From IMG/VR virus record IMGVR_UViG_3300043424_000514, positions 8,871 through 72,870 of that record: DNA of 64,000 bases; one strand, written 5' to 3'. Both the position numbers and the translations under genes were made by a program. Positions 1 through 9,335 of the stretch are shown piece by piece (position 1 is the stretch's first letter; every line of letters begins with the position of its first letter). The notes under the pieces were generated by a model that was not told the DNA's origin, did not search any database, and saw only the letters and a program-made list of their open reading frames with translations. Origin of the DNA: a virus.

Positions 1-17
1 TTCGCCGAAGTGTATTC

Positions 18-233
18 GTGGAATTTCAAGTAGAACTCGACCGCGACATGGAGCGGGATTTTGCCGAGGCGTTGGCGGCACTCGTTGAAATAAACGATGT
101 CTTCCCCGCAGAGCATCGTGGCTGCTCCGTCGCTAGTCGCGAGATGTTTCACGATTCGCTCCGCCTCTATCATAGCCGCGGCTTCTTTGTTGTAGGATTT
201 GTTGTAGGTCTTCTTGCCTACTTTCCATTTTAG
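18..233 (+). CDS. small hypothetical protein with hydrophobic C-terminus (may begin upstream of window)
   Basis: 71-aa ORF ending GFFVVGFVVGLLAYFPF; no recognisable motif. Confidence 0.35.
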   Translation: MEFQVELDRDMERDFAEALAALVEINDVFPAEHRGCSVASREMFHDSLRLYHSRGFFVVGFVVGLLAYFPF

Positions 234-356
234 GCGGTGCGTTGTGTATCCGTTGCGAAGCAGTTTTGAGATTCTCACTACGGCGTGTCCGCAGCGCATG
301 ACCGAGTTTTTTTCGTCGATGTTTTCAATTTGGGTTTTCATTTTTTCCTTTCTGGT

Positions 357-507
357 TTTGTCCCAAAAATTGGGACAAAGTGTGTTTTGCGGTGTAATAA
401 CCTATACAAAGAATAATACACCGCAACGAAAAAACCCGTAGGCTTGCGTAGGAGAACCAGAAATTTGTCCCCGAAAAATTAGGACAAAAAAGAACGGAGC
501 CTACGGG
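357..507. repeat. nested inverted repeats upstream of terL
   Basis: TTTGTCCCAA-aaa-TTGGGACAAA (357-379); CCCGTAGGCT (435-444)/AGCCTACGGG (498-507) enclosing TTTGTCC (464-470)/GGACAAA (482-488). Confidence 0.7.
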
Positions 508-607
508 GCTCGAATTCGTGTATGAAATTGTATAAGGTATTACCAAAAAATATATTGTGTAAAAGCGAAATTGACTGTGTCCCAAGTTAGACCTACCTTG
601 TCCTGAA

Positions 608-2377
608 ATGGTTCAAAATAAAGTTGGGATTTTTGTCGATGACGGCAAAACACCGGTCCCAAAAAATAGCATTGTTCGCTATGGCTATGTTTATCCTCCG
701 GGCACCGCGGATTGGACGATCGAGCTTCACGCTTACCGAGCATTAGCAAAAGACGGCACGCCGCGAGAGGAAAATTTCAAGCGGGCCGCAATGATGTTTT
801 TCTCGAAAAACTCGGAGCCGTTTATCTGGCATCCGTGGGCCGACGATATGCTCTATGAGTGCTGCTACTCGCAGTTCGTGGGCTTTGCGGGCTGCGGTTC
901 GTCGGGCAAGTCGGATTTCATGGCGGTTTGGATTTTGCTCAACTGGCTCGCCGCGCCTTATCACACGCTGGGGCTTCTGACCTCGACTTCAATTCGCGAT
1001 TCCAAGAAGCGCGTTTGGGGTGCGGTGGCCCGCTATTGGCCTGCGATTGCACCTGTCGCGCCTGCGAAGCTCACGGACACGCCGACTCCGGCGATCTATG
1101 TGATGCGCGACAAGGTTCGCATGGAGCAGGCAGGCGTGTATCTCATCCCTGCCGAAGCGAAGAAGACCAATGAGGTGACGGGCAAGATGCGAGGCATGAA
1201 AGCGCCGCGAGTCTTTCTGGCAGCGGATGAGTTGTCGGAGCTTTCCCACTCGCTCCTAGACACGGCGATGAGCAACCTCGCGAACAACGCGGTGCTCCAC
1301 ATCTGCGCGGCGGCGAACCCTGTTTCTTACTACGATCCTTTCGGAAAATTCGCGGAGCCGCAAAACGGATGGGGCAGTATCACGGTGAACGACGATCGCT
1401 GGGAAACCAAGCTGGGTGGGGTTTGCCTGCACTTCGACGCGATGCGGAACCCGAATTATTTGGCGAAGGAAAATCTTTGGCCGATTCAAAAATGGGAAAA
1501 GATCGAGGAAGCGGTGGAGCGCCTTGGCGAGGATTCACCGATGTTTTGGCGCGACTACCGCGGCTTCTGGCCCCCGCAGGGCGTGAGCAAAGCGATCTAC
1601 TCGGAGAGCGAGATCATCAAGTTCAAGGCGGATCAGCCGCCGGTCTGGCAAGGCGCGACGACGCGGATCGCGGGCGTTGATCCCTCGTTTGTTTCGGGTG
1701 GAGACCGCTGCGTGCTGTTCGTTGGGAGCTATGGCTTGAACAAAGACGGGGTAGAGCAGGTATCATTTGATACCTTCCATTTTGTCGAGGACGACGCGAC
1801 CTCGAACGAGCCGCGCACCTTTCAGGTGGCGGCGAAGATCGCCGAAATTTTGCGGCGCGAGCGGGTGCAGTCTTACCACCTCGGAGTCGATGTGACGGGC
1901 GGGGGCGTGCCGTTTTGCGATGCGTTATCCCGCGTTCTAGGTAGCAATGATTTTCTTCGGGTGCATTTCGGCGGGTCTCCGAGCGATCGGTCTCTCTCGG
2001 CTTACGATGCGACGAAAGCCAACGACAAGTATGTGAACCGCGTCACCGAGCTTTGGTTCGGTGCCAAGGAGTATTTACAGAATGGGCAACTGCGCGGCAT
2101 TGGCCCCGACCTCGCCCAGGAAATGACGGCCCGCAATTTCGAGACTCGCAAATCGGGCGGGATGAAATTGTGCGTCGAGCCGAAAGCGGACATGAAAGCG
2201 CGGATGGGGCGCTCCCCCGACATCGCCGACGCGGCGTTTGTTTTATTGGAGGTGGTGCGCGAGCGGATGGGCCTTCGACCGCCCCAGGAGAGCGGATCGC
2301 GGGTTGCCCGCCCTTGGCGCAAGATGATGGGGCGCTTCGATGTCAAGCGTAATTCGCCTTGCCTTTTGGACGCCTAG
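608..2377 (+). CDS. terL: terminase large subunit
   Basis: Walker A GCGSSGKS, Walker B LAADE, coupling motif AANP, RNase H-like nuclease motifs AGVDPS, GVDVTG and SPDIADA. Confidence 0.92.
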   Translation: MVQNKVGIFVDDGKTPVPKNSIVRYGYVYPPGTADWTIELHAYRALAKDGTPREENFKRAAMMFFSKNSEPFIWHPWADDMLYECCYSQFVGFAGCGSSGKSDFMAVWILLNWLAAPYHTLGLLTSTSIRDSKKRVWGAVARYWPAIAPVAPAKLTDTPTPAIYVMRDKVRMEQAGVYLIPAEAKKTNEVTGKMRGMKAPRVFLAADELSELSHSLLDTAMSNLANNAVLHICAAANPVSYYDPFGKFAEPQNGWGSITVNDDRWETKLGGVCLHFDAMRNPNYLAKENLWPIQKWEKIEEAVERLGEDSPMFWRDYRGFWPPQGVSKAIYSESEIIKFKADQPPVWQGATTRIAGVDPSFVSGGDRCVLFVGSYGLNKDGVEQVSFDTFHFVEDDATSNEPRTFQVAAKIAEILRRERVQSYHLGVDVTGGGVPFCDALSRVLGSNDFLRVHFGGSPSDRSLSAYDATKANDKYVNRVTELWFGAKEYLQNGQLRGIGPDLAQEMTARNFETRKSGGMKLCVEPKADMKARMGRSPDIADAAFVLLEVVRERMGLRPPQESGSRVARPWRKMMGRFDVKRNSPCLLDA

Positions 2378-2386
2378 GTGTAATAA
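2359..2386 (+). promoter_or_regulatory. putative promoter TTGCCT-N16-TAATAA
   Basis: same architecture recurs at 4034, 7935, 13875 and 25783, each just upstream of a start codon. Confidence 0.5.
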
Positions 2387-2396
2387 TTCTGCAACC

Positions 2397-2738
2397 ATGG
2401 AAGCTGTTGAATACCCTTTGACGATCGAGCAAGGTTCCACTTTTCAGAAGCAATTTCGCTGGAAGGTGGACGGGCAGGTTATGAACCTGACGGGTTACAC
2501 GGCCAAGATGCAGGCCCGCAAGAGCTACGGCGGTGCGGTTGGTTTTGAACTCAGCACCGAGAACAGCCGGATTTTGTTGGGCGGCGCGGGGGGAACGGTC
2601 TCATTGGAGATGGCTCCTGAAGAAACGGCGGCGCTCCCTGTGGGAAATTTTGTTTACGATTTGGAACTGACGACCGGCGGCGTGGTCCGCAAACTTATTC
2701 GCGGCACGGTGGTTGTGCTGCCGGAGGCAACGATCTGA
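2397..2738 (+). CDS. virion accessory protein, BppU N-terminal-like Ig fold
   Basis: LTIEQGSTF...NLTGYTAKMQAR...FVYDLELT...LIRGTVVV pattern typical of this family; start moved to ATG 2397. Confidence 0.7.
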   Translation: MEAVEYPLTIEQGSTFQKQFRWKVDGQVMNLTGYTAKMQARKSYGGAVGFELSTENSRILLGGAGGTVSLEMAPEETAALPVGNFVYDLELTTGGVVRKLIRGTVVVLPEATI

Positions 2739-2739
2739 T

Positions 2740-3273
2740 ATGGCGGAGATTATCGAAATTATTGGCTCGGGATTGACTGGCCCCCAGGGGCCCCGCGGGT
2801 TGCCTGGGTTGAACGGAGCCCCTGGAGCCGCTGGGGCGCAAGGTCAGATTGGCCCCGTCGGCCCCGTCGGCCCTGTCGGCCCTCAGGGTTTGCAAGGCGA
2901 CAAGGGCGACCGCGGGCTGCAAGGTCCTAAAGGCGATAGCATTGTCGGTCCCCAGGGCGAGCGCGGGTTAAAGGGCGACAAAGGCGACCGCGGCGTGGAA
3001 GGTCCTATGGGCCCCGTCGGCCCCGTCGGCCCGTCTGGCGGACCAGGCCCCGCTGGGGCGATGGGCCCCCGTGGTTTTCAAGGTTTGCGCGGCGACCCAG
3101 GCCCCCAGGGCATCGAAGGCCCCCGCGGATTGCAGGGCGTGCAGGGCAATAAAGGCGATACCGGCGCAGTCGGGCCCGCAGGTCCCCGCGGTTATACCGG
3201 CCCGCAAGGCCCCCAGGGCGAGGTTAGCAAAGGGTCAGTTATGGCTTTTAGCATCGCTCTTGGAGGCGTGTGA
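2740..3273 (+). CDS. collagen-like fibre protein
   Basis: long Gly-X-Y runs; C-terminal MAFSIALG. Confidence 0.8.
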   Translation: MAEIIEIIGSGLTGPQGPRGLPGLNGAPGAAGAQGQIGPVGPVGPVGPQGLQGDKGDRGLQGPKGDSIVGPQGERGLKGDKGDRGVEGPMGPVGPVGPSGGPGPAGAMGPRGFQGLRGDPGPQGIEGPRGLQGVQGNKGDTGAVGPAGPRGYTGPQGPQGEVSKGSVMAFSIALGGV

Positions 3274-4037
3274 AACAGCAATACACCGGCCCTTACACCT
3301 TCGACCTCGCCACGCGCACGATTACGCTGGCGGGTATTGAGGTTCCCCAGGAGCGATTGGCACTGATCGTTAATTCGACGGTCGGGTTTATTTACCACAA
3401 CCTCGAACACGAACCGACGGCGCAGGTCACGATCTCTGGCGGCGACACGACGATTGTTTTTCCGCAATACAAGGACTGCGAGACGCATCGCGATTCCGAC
3501 GCGTTGTCGATTTTTTATGACGATGGCGTCGATCTTGGACAGTTGATTAAGGACGAGTCGGACGAGACGCAGGCGTTGTTGCAGGCCGAGTTTGACGAGA
3601 CGCAGACTTTAGTTTCTGCGTTCAAGGACGAGTTCAAGGACGAGATTGACCACACCCAATCGGTTTTAGAGACGCGGCTGGAGGCCATCGACATTACTCT
3701 TGCAGACTTTCAAGCCGAGGCTTTGGCCGAGTCCAATGCTACGCAGAATTTTTTGAGCGATACTCTGCGTCCTGTTTTGGATGGTTTTAAGACCGAAGCG
3801 AAAAGCGAGTCGGATGCGACGCAGACGCTTTTGAACCTCAAGCTCTCGGGGCTGATTAACGGGTTTTTGGGGCTGGACGCCCTCGCCAAGTATTCTGCGG
3901 AAAATGGGGTCGAGATTGATTTCACCCCCGGGGGATACGGCCCGTCGCAGATTGTGTTTTCGCAAGGCGGCACCCCTATTAAAACGATCAATCTCACTTA
4001 TGACGCGAGGGGGGCTTTGGTTTTAGTTTCCGCTTGA
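3270..4037 (+). CDS. virion fibre-associated protein, paralog A
   Basis: 255 aa; helical repeats ESDETQ/ESDATQ; clear paralog of next ORF. Confidence 0.7.
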   Translation: MKQQYTGPYTFDLATRTITLAGIEVPQERLALIVNSTVGFIYHNLEHEPTAQVTISGGDTTIVFPQYKDCETHRDSDALSIFYDDGVDLGQLIKDESDETQALLQAEFDETQTLVSAFKDEFKDEIDHTQSVLETRLEAIDITLADFQAEALAESNATQNFLSDTLRPVLDGFKTEAKSESDATQTLLNLKLSGLINGFLGLDALAKYSAENGVEIDFTPGGYGPSQIVFSQGGTPIKTINLTYDARGALVLVSA

Positions 4038-4072
4038 TTTTTCGCTTGTTTGATGTAATAACCACATAACCC
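4034..4072 (+). promoter_or_regulatory. putative promoter TTGATT-N16-TAATAACCACATAACC
   Basis: TAATAACCACATAACC is identical to the copy at 7958. Confidence 0.5.
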
Positions 4073-4840
4073 GTGAAGCAACAATACAAAGGCCCTACAC
4101 TTTTCGATGTCGCCACGCGCACGATCACGATGCTGGGCATCGAGGTGCCGCCGGAGCGGGTGTTGCTGGTGGTTAATTCCACGGTTGGTTTCGTTTATCA
4201 CAATTTTGCGATTGAGCCGAATGGGGATATTTCGATCTCCGGCGGGAATACGGTCATTGTTTTTCCGCCGTATAAGGATTGTGACACACACCGGAATACC
4301 GACGCACTTTCGATTTTTTACGACGACGGGGTCGATCTCGGGAAGCTCATTAAGGACGAGTCGGACGAGACTCAGACGCTCGTTCAAAACGAATTTAACG
4401 AGACACAAACGCTGCTGACCGCTTTCAAAGAGGAGGTCAAAGCAGAGTTCGACGAGACTCAAGCCATCATCGAGCCGCGTCTGGAGTCGATCGACACGGT
4501 TCTTACGGCATTCAAGGCCGAAGCCAAGACGGAGTCCGATGCCACCCAAGTAATCCTTGAAAATCTTTACACGAAGGTTTCGGATTTTAAGACAGAGGCA
4601 AAGAGCGAGTCGGACGACACGCAGAGCATTTTAACGACAAAGCTCCCCGATCCGGTGAACGGGCGCATCCCTGTCGAAACGGTGGGGGCTTTTGACCCGA
4701 CCAACGGGGTGTCGATCGCGATGGATTATGGTGCTTACGGCCCCACCCAAGCGAGGTTTTCCCGCAGTGGATCGGTGGTTAAGACCGTGAATTTGATTTA
4801 CGACCTCAACGGAAACCTGACTTCCGTGATCCCAGGATGA
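4073..4840 (+). CDS. virion fibre-associated protein, paralog B
   Basis: 255 aa; shares MKQQY, VNSTVGF, YKDC.THR..DALSIFYDDGVDLG.LIKDESDETQ with the previous ORF. Confidence 0.7.
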   Translation: MKQQYKGPTLFDVATRTITMLGIEVPPERVLLVVNSTVGFVYHNFAIEPNGDISISGGNTVIVFPPYKDCDTHRNTDALSIFYDDGVDLGKLIKDESDETQTLVQNEFNETQTLLTAFKEEVKAEFDETQAIIEPRLESIDTVLTAFKAEAKTESDATQVILENLYTKVSDFKTEAKSESDDTQSILTTKLPDPVNGRIPVETVGAFDPTNGVSIAMDYGAYGPTQARFSRSGSVVKTVNLIYDLNGNLTSVIPG

Positions 4841-6531
4841 GATTTTTATTCAACCCTATCACCTCGCAGTTTAATGCGGCTCCTCCTAGGGAGATCGTTT
4901 ACTCTGACACGGCCCCTGCGTTTCCTGTTGAGGGCACTCGCTGGGTCAATACGCTGGAGATTCGCGAGTATGTATTTACCTTCGATGCCAGCGGCACGGG
5001 GTATTGGGTGGAAGTGGGCGTCGGATCGACCGGCCCCCAGGGGGAGCAGGGAATCCAAGGCATCCAGGGAATCCAAGGCATCCAGGGAATCCAAGGCGAA
5101 CAAGGCCCTGCTGCCACGGTAGCTGTTGGCACCGTCACGACTGGTGAGCCTGGAACGAGTGTTTCGGTCTCGAATGCAGGCACAAGCGGAGCCGCGGTTT
5201 TAGATTTTACAATCCCTAGGGGCGCAGTCGGGCAAACCGGCGCAGTCGGCCCCCAGGGGCCACAGGGCATACAGGGGCCGAAAGGCGACGACGGCGCAAG
5301 CGTCGTGCTCAAAGGCGCAGTGAATTTTTATTCTGATCTTTCTGCAATCACTAACAAGACCCAAGGCGATCTGTATGTCGTCCAAAGCGACGGCAACGGG
5401 TATGTGTGGAGTGGATCGGGCTGGGTAAATGTCGGGCAAATCCGCGGACCGAAAGGCGACACCGGAGCGCAAGGCCCCGCAGGCCCCGCGCCAGCGGGAA
5501 CCGGTGCGGTGGTTGTGAGTAACGGTGTTGTGGGAACGCCCGTCGGTTACGGCACCACCAATGTCGCCAGCACACTCGTTCAGCGTGACGCCAGTGGAAA
5601 TTTTTCGGCAGGCACGATCACAGCGAATATCACCGGCAATGTCACGGGGAGCGTGACTGGCGGCGTATCCGGCAACGCAGGCACCGCGACCAAACTCGCC
5701 ACGGCCCGCACGATCAATGTCTCCGGCGATGTCACGGGGACGGCGCAGAGTTTCGACGGCTCGGCGGACATTTCGATCCCAACGGCGATTACGGCGGGTT
5801 CGATTGTCGATGCTGACATCAATACCGCAGCGAACATTTCCGACACAAAGCTCGCGACGATTTCAACGGCGAATAAGGTAAGCAACTCCGCCACCACGGC
5901 GACAAGCGCGAACACCGCTTTTGCAATCGTGGCGCGGGATGCAAACGGCAATTTTTCTGCAAACCAAATCACCGCGAATCTCACGGGCAATGTTACCGGC
6001 AACGCTACGAATGTTTCTGGAACGGTAGCAATTCTTAACGGCGGCACGGGGGCGAGCACGGCGGCAGGTGCGTTGGTTAATCTCGGAGCAGCGGCAAGTT
6101 CCCACGCGCATGGGAACATTACCAATGCAGGAGCGATCGGAACGACTGCGAGCTTACCGATTATTACTGGCGCGAGCGGCGTCCTCCAAGCAGGGGCTTT
6201 TGGAACGACTGCGGGGAGTTTCTGCCAAGGTAATGACCCCCGCCTTCAAACCCCGTGGGTTTCAAAGACCACTTCCTACACCGCAGTCGCAGGCGACCGG
6301 ATCAGCGCCAACACCACGGCGGCAGCGTTTACGATCACCCTCCCAGCCTCCCCCGCTGCGTTCACTGAAATTGTTTTTGCTGACCATTACAACCAGTGGG
6401 CAACTCGCAATCTCACGATTGCCCGTAATGGGCAAAACATCGAGGGGCTCGCTGAAGACCTTGTGTGCAATGTCGCCGGATTACAAATCACCTTACGATA
6501 TGAAGGAACAACCTGGAGAGTCTATACATGA
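4837..6531 (+). CDS. tail fibre protein with collagen segments
   Basis: GIQ repeats, RDASGNFSA/ATKLATARTI fibre motifs, C-terminal FTITLPASP...NLTIARNG domain. Confidence 0.8.
   Translation: MRFLFNPITSQFNAAPPREIVYSDTAPAFPVEGTRWVNTLEIREYVFTFDASGTGYWVEVGVGSTGPQGEQGIQGIQGIQGIQGIQGEQGPAATVAVGTVTTGEPGTSVSVSNAGTSGAAVLDFTIPRGAVGQTGAVGPQGPQGIQGPKGDDGASVVLKGAVNFYSDLSAITNKTQGDLYVVQSDGNGYVWSGSGWVNVGQIRGPKGDTGAQGPAGPAPAGTGAVVVSNGVVGTPVGYGTTNVASTLVQRDASGNFSAGTITANITGNVTGSVTGGVSGNAGTATKLATARTINVSGDVTGTAQSFDGSADISIPTAITAGSIVDADINTAANISDTKLATISTANKVSNSATTATSANTAFAIVARDANGNFSANQITANLTGNVTGNATNVSGTVAILNGGTGASTAAGALVNLGAAASSHAHGNITNAGAIGTTASLPIITGASGVLQAGAFGTTAGSFCQGNDPRLQTPWVSKTTSYTAVAGDRISANTTAAAFTITLPASPAAFTEIVFADHYNQWATRNLTIARNGQNIEGLAEDLVCNVAGLQITLRYEGTTWRVYT
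5047..5097 (+). repeat. in-frame 18-nt tandem repeat (CAGGGAATCCAAGGCATC) encoding collagen GIQ
   Basis: about three exact copies. Confidence 0.85.
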
Positions 6532-7184
6532 ACCTAAGTAGCATTAAACCAAATTTTAGCGCGTCCGCTGTGGCTAACACTTTAGTCTTGCGCGACGCAA
6601 ATAATAGAATGGTCGGCAAGGCAAGTGAGTTGCATCCCGATGGGATTCATACCATGACTGCGGCAACCACCCTCGCTGACGCGGATGAGTTGCTGGTTTG
6701 GGAAGCCTCAACATCCACATTAAAAAGAATCACAAAATCTGCTTTTAATTTATCTATGAACACTAATAACCCTGTCGCCAGATGGAGCGGAATTTCTGGG
6801 GCTCACGCACTTCAGTATGAATATGGTGGAAGCTCAAATAATACTTCTTGGGCATCTACTAGCGGAGGAAACATACAAATACTACAAGCAGGAACTTATA
6901 GGGCAGTAATAGGACATGGTAACAGTTACTTAACTGGCTATATGGCAAGTGGAACTGCTGAAATCAGGTTCGTTCAAAAAACTCCTTCTGCGGGGACCCT
7001 AGTCGCTGTTCGGGCTGGAATTGGGAGCGGTCAGTCTATTTTTACTGCTTGCAATGGGTCTGGGGAGCTAAGTTGCACTTTTACAGCCGCAGCGAACGCT
7101 ACTTTCGCTTTGGAACACGCTGCTGTATCAGGTAGCGCGGTTTACGGAGGTGGGGGGTATGTCGAGATTGAAAAATTAAGCTAA
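6528..7184 (+). CDS. tail fibre / receptor-binding subunit
   Basis: ANTLVLRDAN motif shared with upstream fibre; AT-richer distal part; followed by a chaperone gene. Confidence 0.6.
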   Translation: MNLSSIKPNFSASAVANTLVLRDANNRMVGKASELHPDGIHTMTAATTLADADELLVWEASTSTLKRITKSAFNLSMNTNNPVARWSGISGAHALQYEYGGSSNNTSWASTSGGNIQILQAGTYRAVIGHGNSYLTGYMASGTAEIRFVQKTPSAGTLVAVRAGIGSGQSIFTACNGSGELSCTFTAAANATFALEHAAVSGSAVYGGGGYVEIEKLS

Positions 7185-7188
7185 ATAT

Positions 7189-7596
7189 ATGAAATACACG
7201 CCAATTTTTAAGCAATCTGAGGGTAAATTCTTTTTGGAATTAAAAGACCCCGACACTTACGATTTGATATATTCTATCCCCGAAAGTTATGACAGCCCAG
7301 ATGACGCATGGTTAAGGTTGCCGTATTGGTTAGAAAAATTAACCCCTTCTACATGGGAAAGAGTGCGTTTTGAGCGGAACGCTAAACTTACCAAAAGCGA
7401 TTGGACTCAACTCGCCGACGCACCATTGAGCCCTGAACAAAAGCAGGCTTGGACCGTTTACCGTCAAGCCTTGCGCGATCTGCCTTCGAGTTTTGCTACG
7501 CCTGAAGAAGTTGTGTGGCCTTCTTCTCCGCAGGAGCAAATTCCTGCGTGGTCTTGGGATCAAACATCCCCGCCATGGGAGCGAATTAACGAGTAA
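7189..7596 (+). CDS. tail fibre assembly chaperone
   Basis: R.ERNAKL..SDWTQL.D.P...W..YRQALRDLP...WP signature. Confidence 0.85.
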   Translation: MKYTPIFKQSEGKFFLELKDPDTYDLIYSIPESYDSPDDAWLRLPYWLEKLTPSTWERVRFERNAKLTKSDWTQLADAPLSPEQKQAWTVYRQALRDLPSSFATPEEVVWPSSPQEQIPAWSWDQTSPPWERINE

Positions 7597-7938
7597 ATGT
7601 TCACTTTTCCCACAAGCCCGCAACTTGGCGATACCGTCCAACTCGTAGATCGCATCTACCAGTGGAACGGCGCGGTGTGGCGGTCGATTCCGGTTACGGG
7701 GGCGCAAGGCCCCCCTGGGGCCCCAGGGCCCGCCGGACCCGCAGGCCCAGCCGGTCCCCAAGGGCAGCGAGGCGAGGCTGGCCCCGCCGGTCCAGTTGGC
7801 CCAGCAGGCCCCGCTGGGGCGAGCGGCGCACCAGGCGATCCAGGGCCTCCAGGCCCTGCCCCTTCGGGCACCGGCTTTGTTTTTGTGGAGAGCGGCGTGG
7901 CCTCCTCCACTTTGGACTTTGATGCCGGAACTTTTTGA
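7597..7938 (+). CDS. short collagen-like fibre protein
   Basis: N-terminal FPTSP...YQWNG..W, Gly-Pro-X run, C-terminal DAGTF. Confidence 0.75.
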   Translation: MFTFPTSPQLGDTVQLVDRIYQWNGAVWRSIPVTGAQGPPGAPGPAGPAGPAGPQGQRGEAGPAGPVGPAGPAGASGAPGDPGPPGPAPSGTGFVFVESGVASSTLDFDAGTF

Positions 7939-7975
7939 CTTTTCCCAGAACTAGCAGTAATAACCACATAACCCA
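7935..7975 (+). promoter_or_regulatory. putative promoter TTGACT-N17-TAATAACC
   Basis: near-consensus -35, 17-nt spacer, recurrent TAATAA hexamer, A/C-rich leader to ATG 7989. Confidence 0.55.
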
Positions 7976-7988
7976 ACCCAATTAAAAC

Positions 7989-9023
7989 ATGGCTAATCCC
8001 AACCTCAAAGTAGTCCGCCGCCGCCTTACTGGCGCAGCCGGAGCCCCTTCCGACATGGAAGCGGGACAAATCGCAATAAATTCCGTTGACGAAAAAGTCT
8101 ATATCCACAACGGCACTTCCGCAATCCCCGTTGCGGGTAAGGGCGAGTTCGTGGACAAAGGCTCCGAGCAGAGCGTCACCGGCAAAAAGAATTTCACCTC
8201 GGCGACCGTCTCCACCGCGCCAAGTGCTACGACCGATGTCGTTCGTAAAACCGATCTCGACACCGAAGTCACTGCACTTCAAGGTGCCATCACGACTGAG
8301 GCGACGACGAGAGCCTCGGCAGACACCGCTCTTGGTCTCCGCATCGACGCCCTAGGGAGCGCGCTGAACTATGTTGGCACTGTCAACGGTGGTGCAAACT
8401 CTGGCGCGGCGACTAACCTTGCCTCGCTGACCGAGAAGGACGCGGGCGATTACTACAAAGTAGGCACGGCAGGACACTTCGTTCTCGCTCCCGCAGCTTC
8501 GTTCTTCGCCAATAGCGGAGACGGCCTCGTCTTCAACCTCACTGGTGGAATCGACAAGATCGACAATACCAACAGCACTGTTGCAGGCACGGCGAACTAC
8601 ATTTCCGTTTCTGGTAGCACCGACACCGGCTACACGGTGGACATCGACAGCGCCTTCAAGACCCGTCTCACAACTGCGGAGACCACTCTTGCAGGGCTCG
8701 GCACCATGTCCACGCAGAATGCCAACAGCGTTGCCATCACCGGCGGCACGGTTAATGGCACGGCGATCGGCGGCACGACTGCTGCGGCTGGCGCGTTCAC
8801 CACGCTCACAGCTTCCTCGACCGCGACCCTGAACACCCTGGCCAGTTCCGGCGCTACCCTCACGGGCGGCACGATCAATGGCATGGCGATCGGCGGCACG
8901 ACTGCTGCGGCTGGCGCGTTCACCACGGTTTCGGCTTCTGGCAATGCGACCTTCAATGGCAACATTGTGGGTGACGGCTCGACCGAAATCACGGACTGCA
9001 TCATTGACGCTGGAACATTCTGA
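7989..9023 (+). CDS. tail fibre protein
   Basis: N-terminal RR...P....GQIAIN..D.K.Y fibre motif, [16 protein letters not shown] and [13 protein letters not shown] repeats, C-terminal DAGTF. Confidence 0.75.
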   Translation: MANPNLKVVRRRLTGAAGAPSDMEAGQIAINSVDEKVYIHNGTSAIPVAGKGEFVDKGSEQSVTGKKNFTSATVSTAPSATTDVVRKTDLDTEVTALQGAITTEATTRASADTALGLRIDALGSALNYVGTVNGGANSGAATNLASLTEKDAGDYYKVGTAGHFVLAPAASFFANSGDGLVFNLTGGIDKIDNTNSTVAGTANYISVSGSTDTGYTVDIDSAFKTRLTTAETTLAGLGTMSTQNANSVAITGGTVNGTAIGGTTAAAGAFTTLTASSTATLNTLASSGATLTGGTINGMAIGGTTAAAGAFTTVSASGNATFNGNIVGDGSTEITDCIIDAGTF

Positions 9024-9026
9024 CGA

Positions 9027-9335
9027 ATGGCTGATCCAGTCCTCAAACTGAGACGCACAGATGTCGTGGGGCGAATCCCCACGGCATCTGACCTCCCCCC
9101 AGGGGCGATCGGCTACAATATCGCCGACAAAAAAATCTACGCTCGGCACGATGACCCGATGGGGGCTGTCGTTCAGATCGCCGCTTCGGTCGCTCAAGGG
9201 GAAAAGGCGGACATCTCGATTTCCAAAAACCCCTCGGACGCCACGCCCGTCAATACCATTCGGGTTCTTACGCAGGCGGAATATGACGGCATAGTTCCGA
9301 AAGACGCGACCACCCTTTATTTTATTAAGTCGTAA
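9027..9335 (+). CDS. fibre adaptor protein
   Basis: LKLRRT...P..SDL..G.IGYN..DKKIY N-terminus; LTQAEYD.I..KDA.TLYFI C-terminus typical of phage fibre linkers. Confidence 0.7.
   Translation: MADPVLKLRRTDVVGRIPTASDLPPGAIGYNIADKKIYARHDDPMGAVVQIAASVAQGEKADISISKNPSDATPVNTIRVLTQAEYDGIVPKDATTLYFIKS

Noticed and set aside
8740-8930. Near-identical repeat pair in a fibre gene as DGR template/variable repeats
   Set aside because: Both copies are in frame in the same gene, differences are not adenine-specific, and no reverse transcriptase is present in the window.
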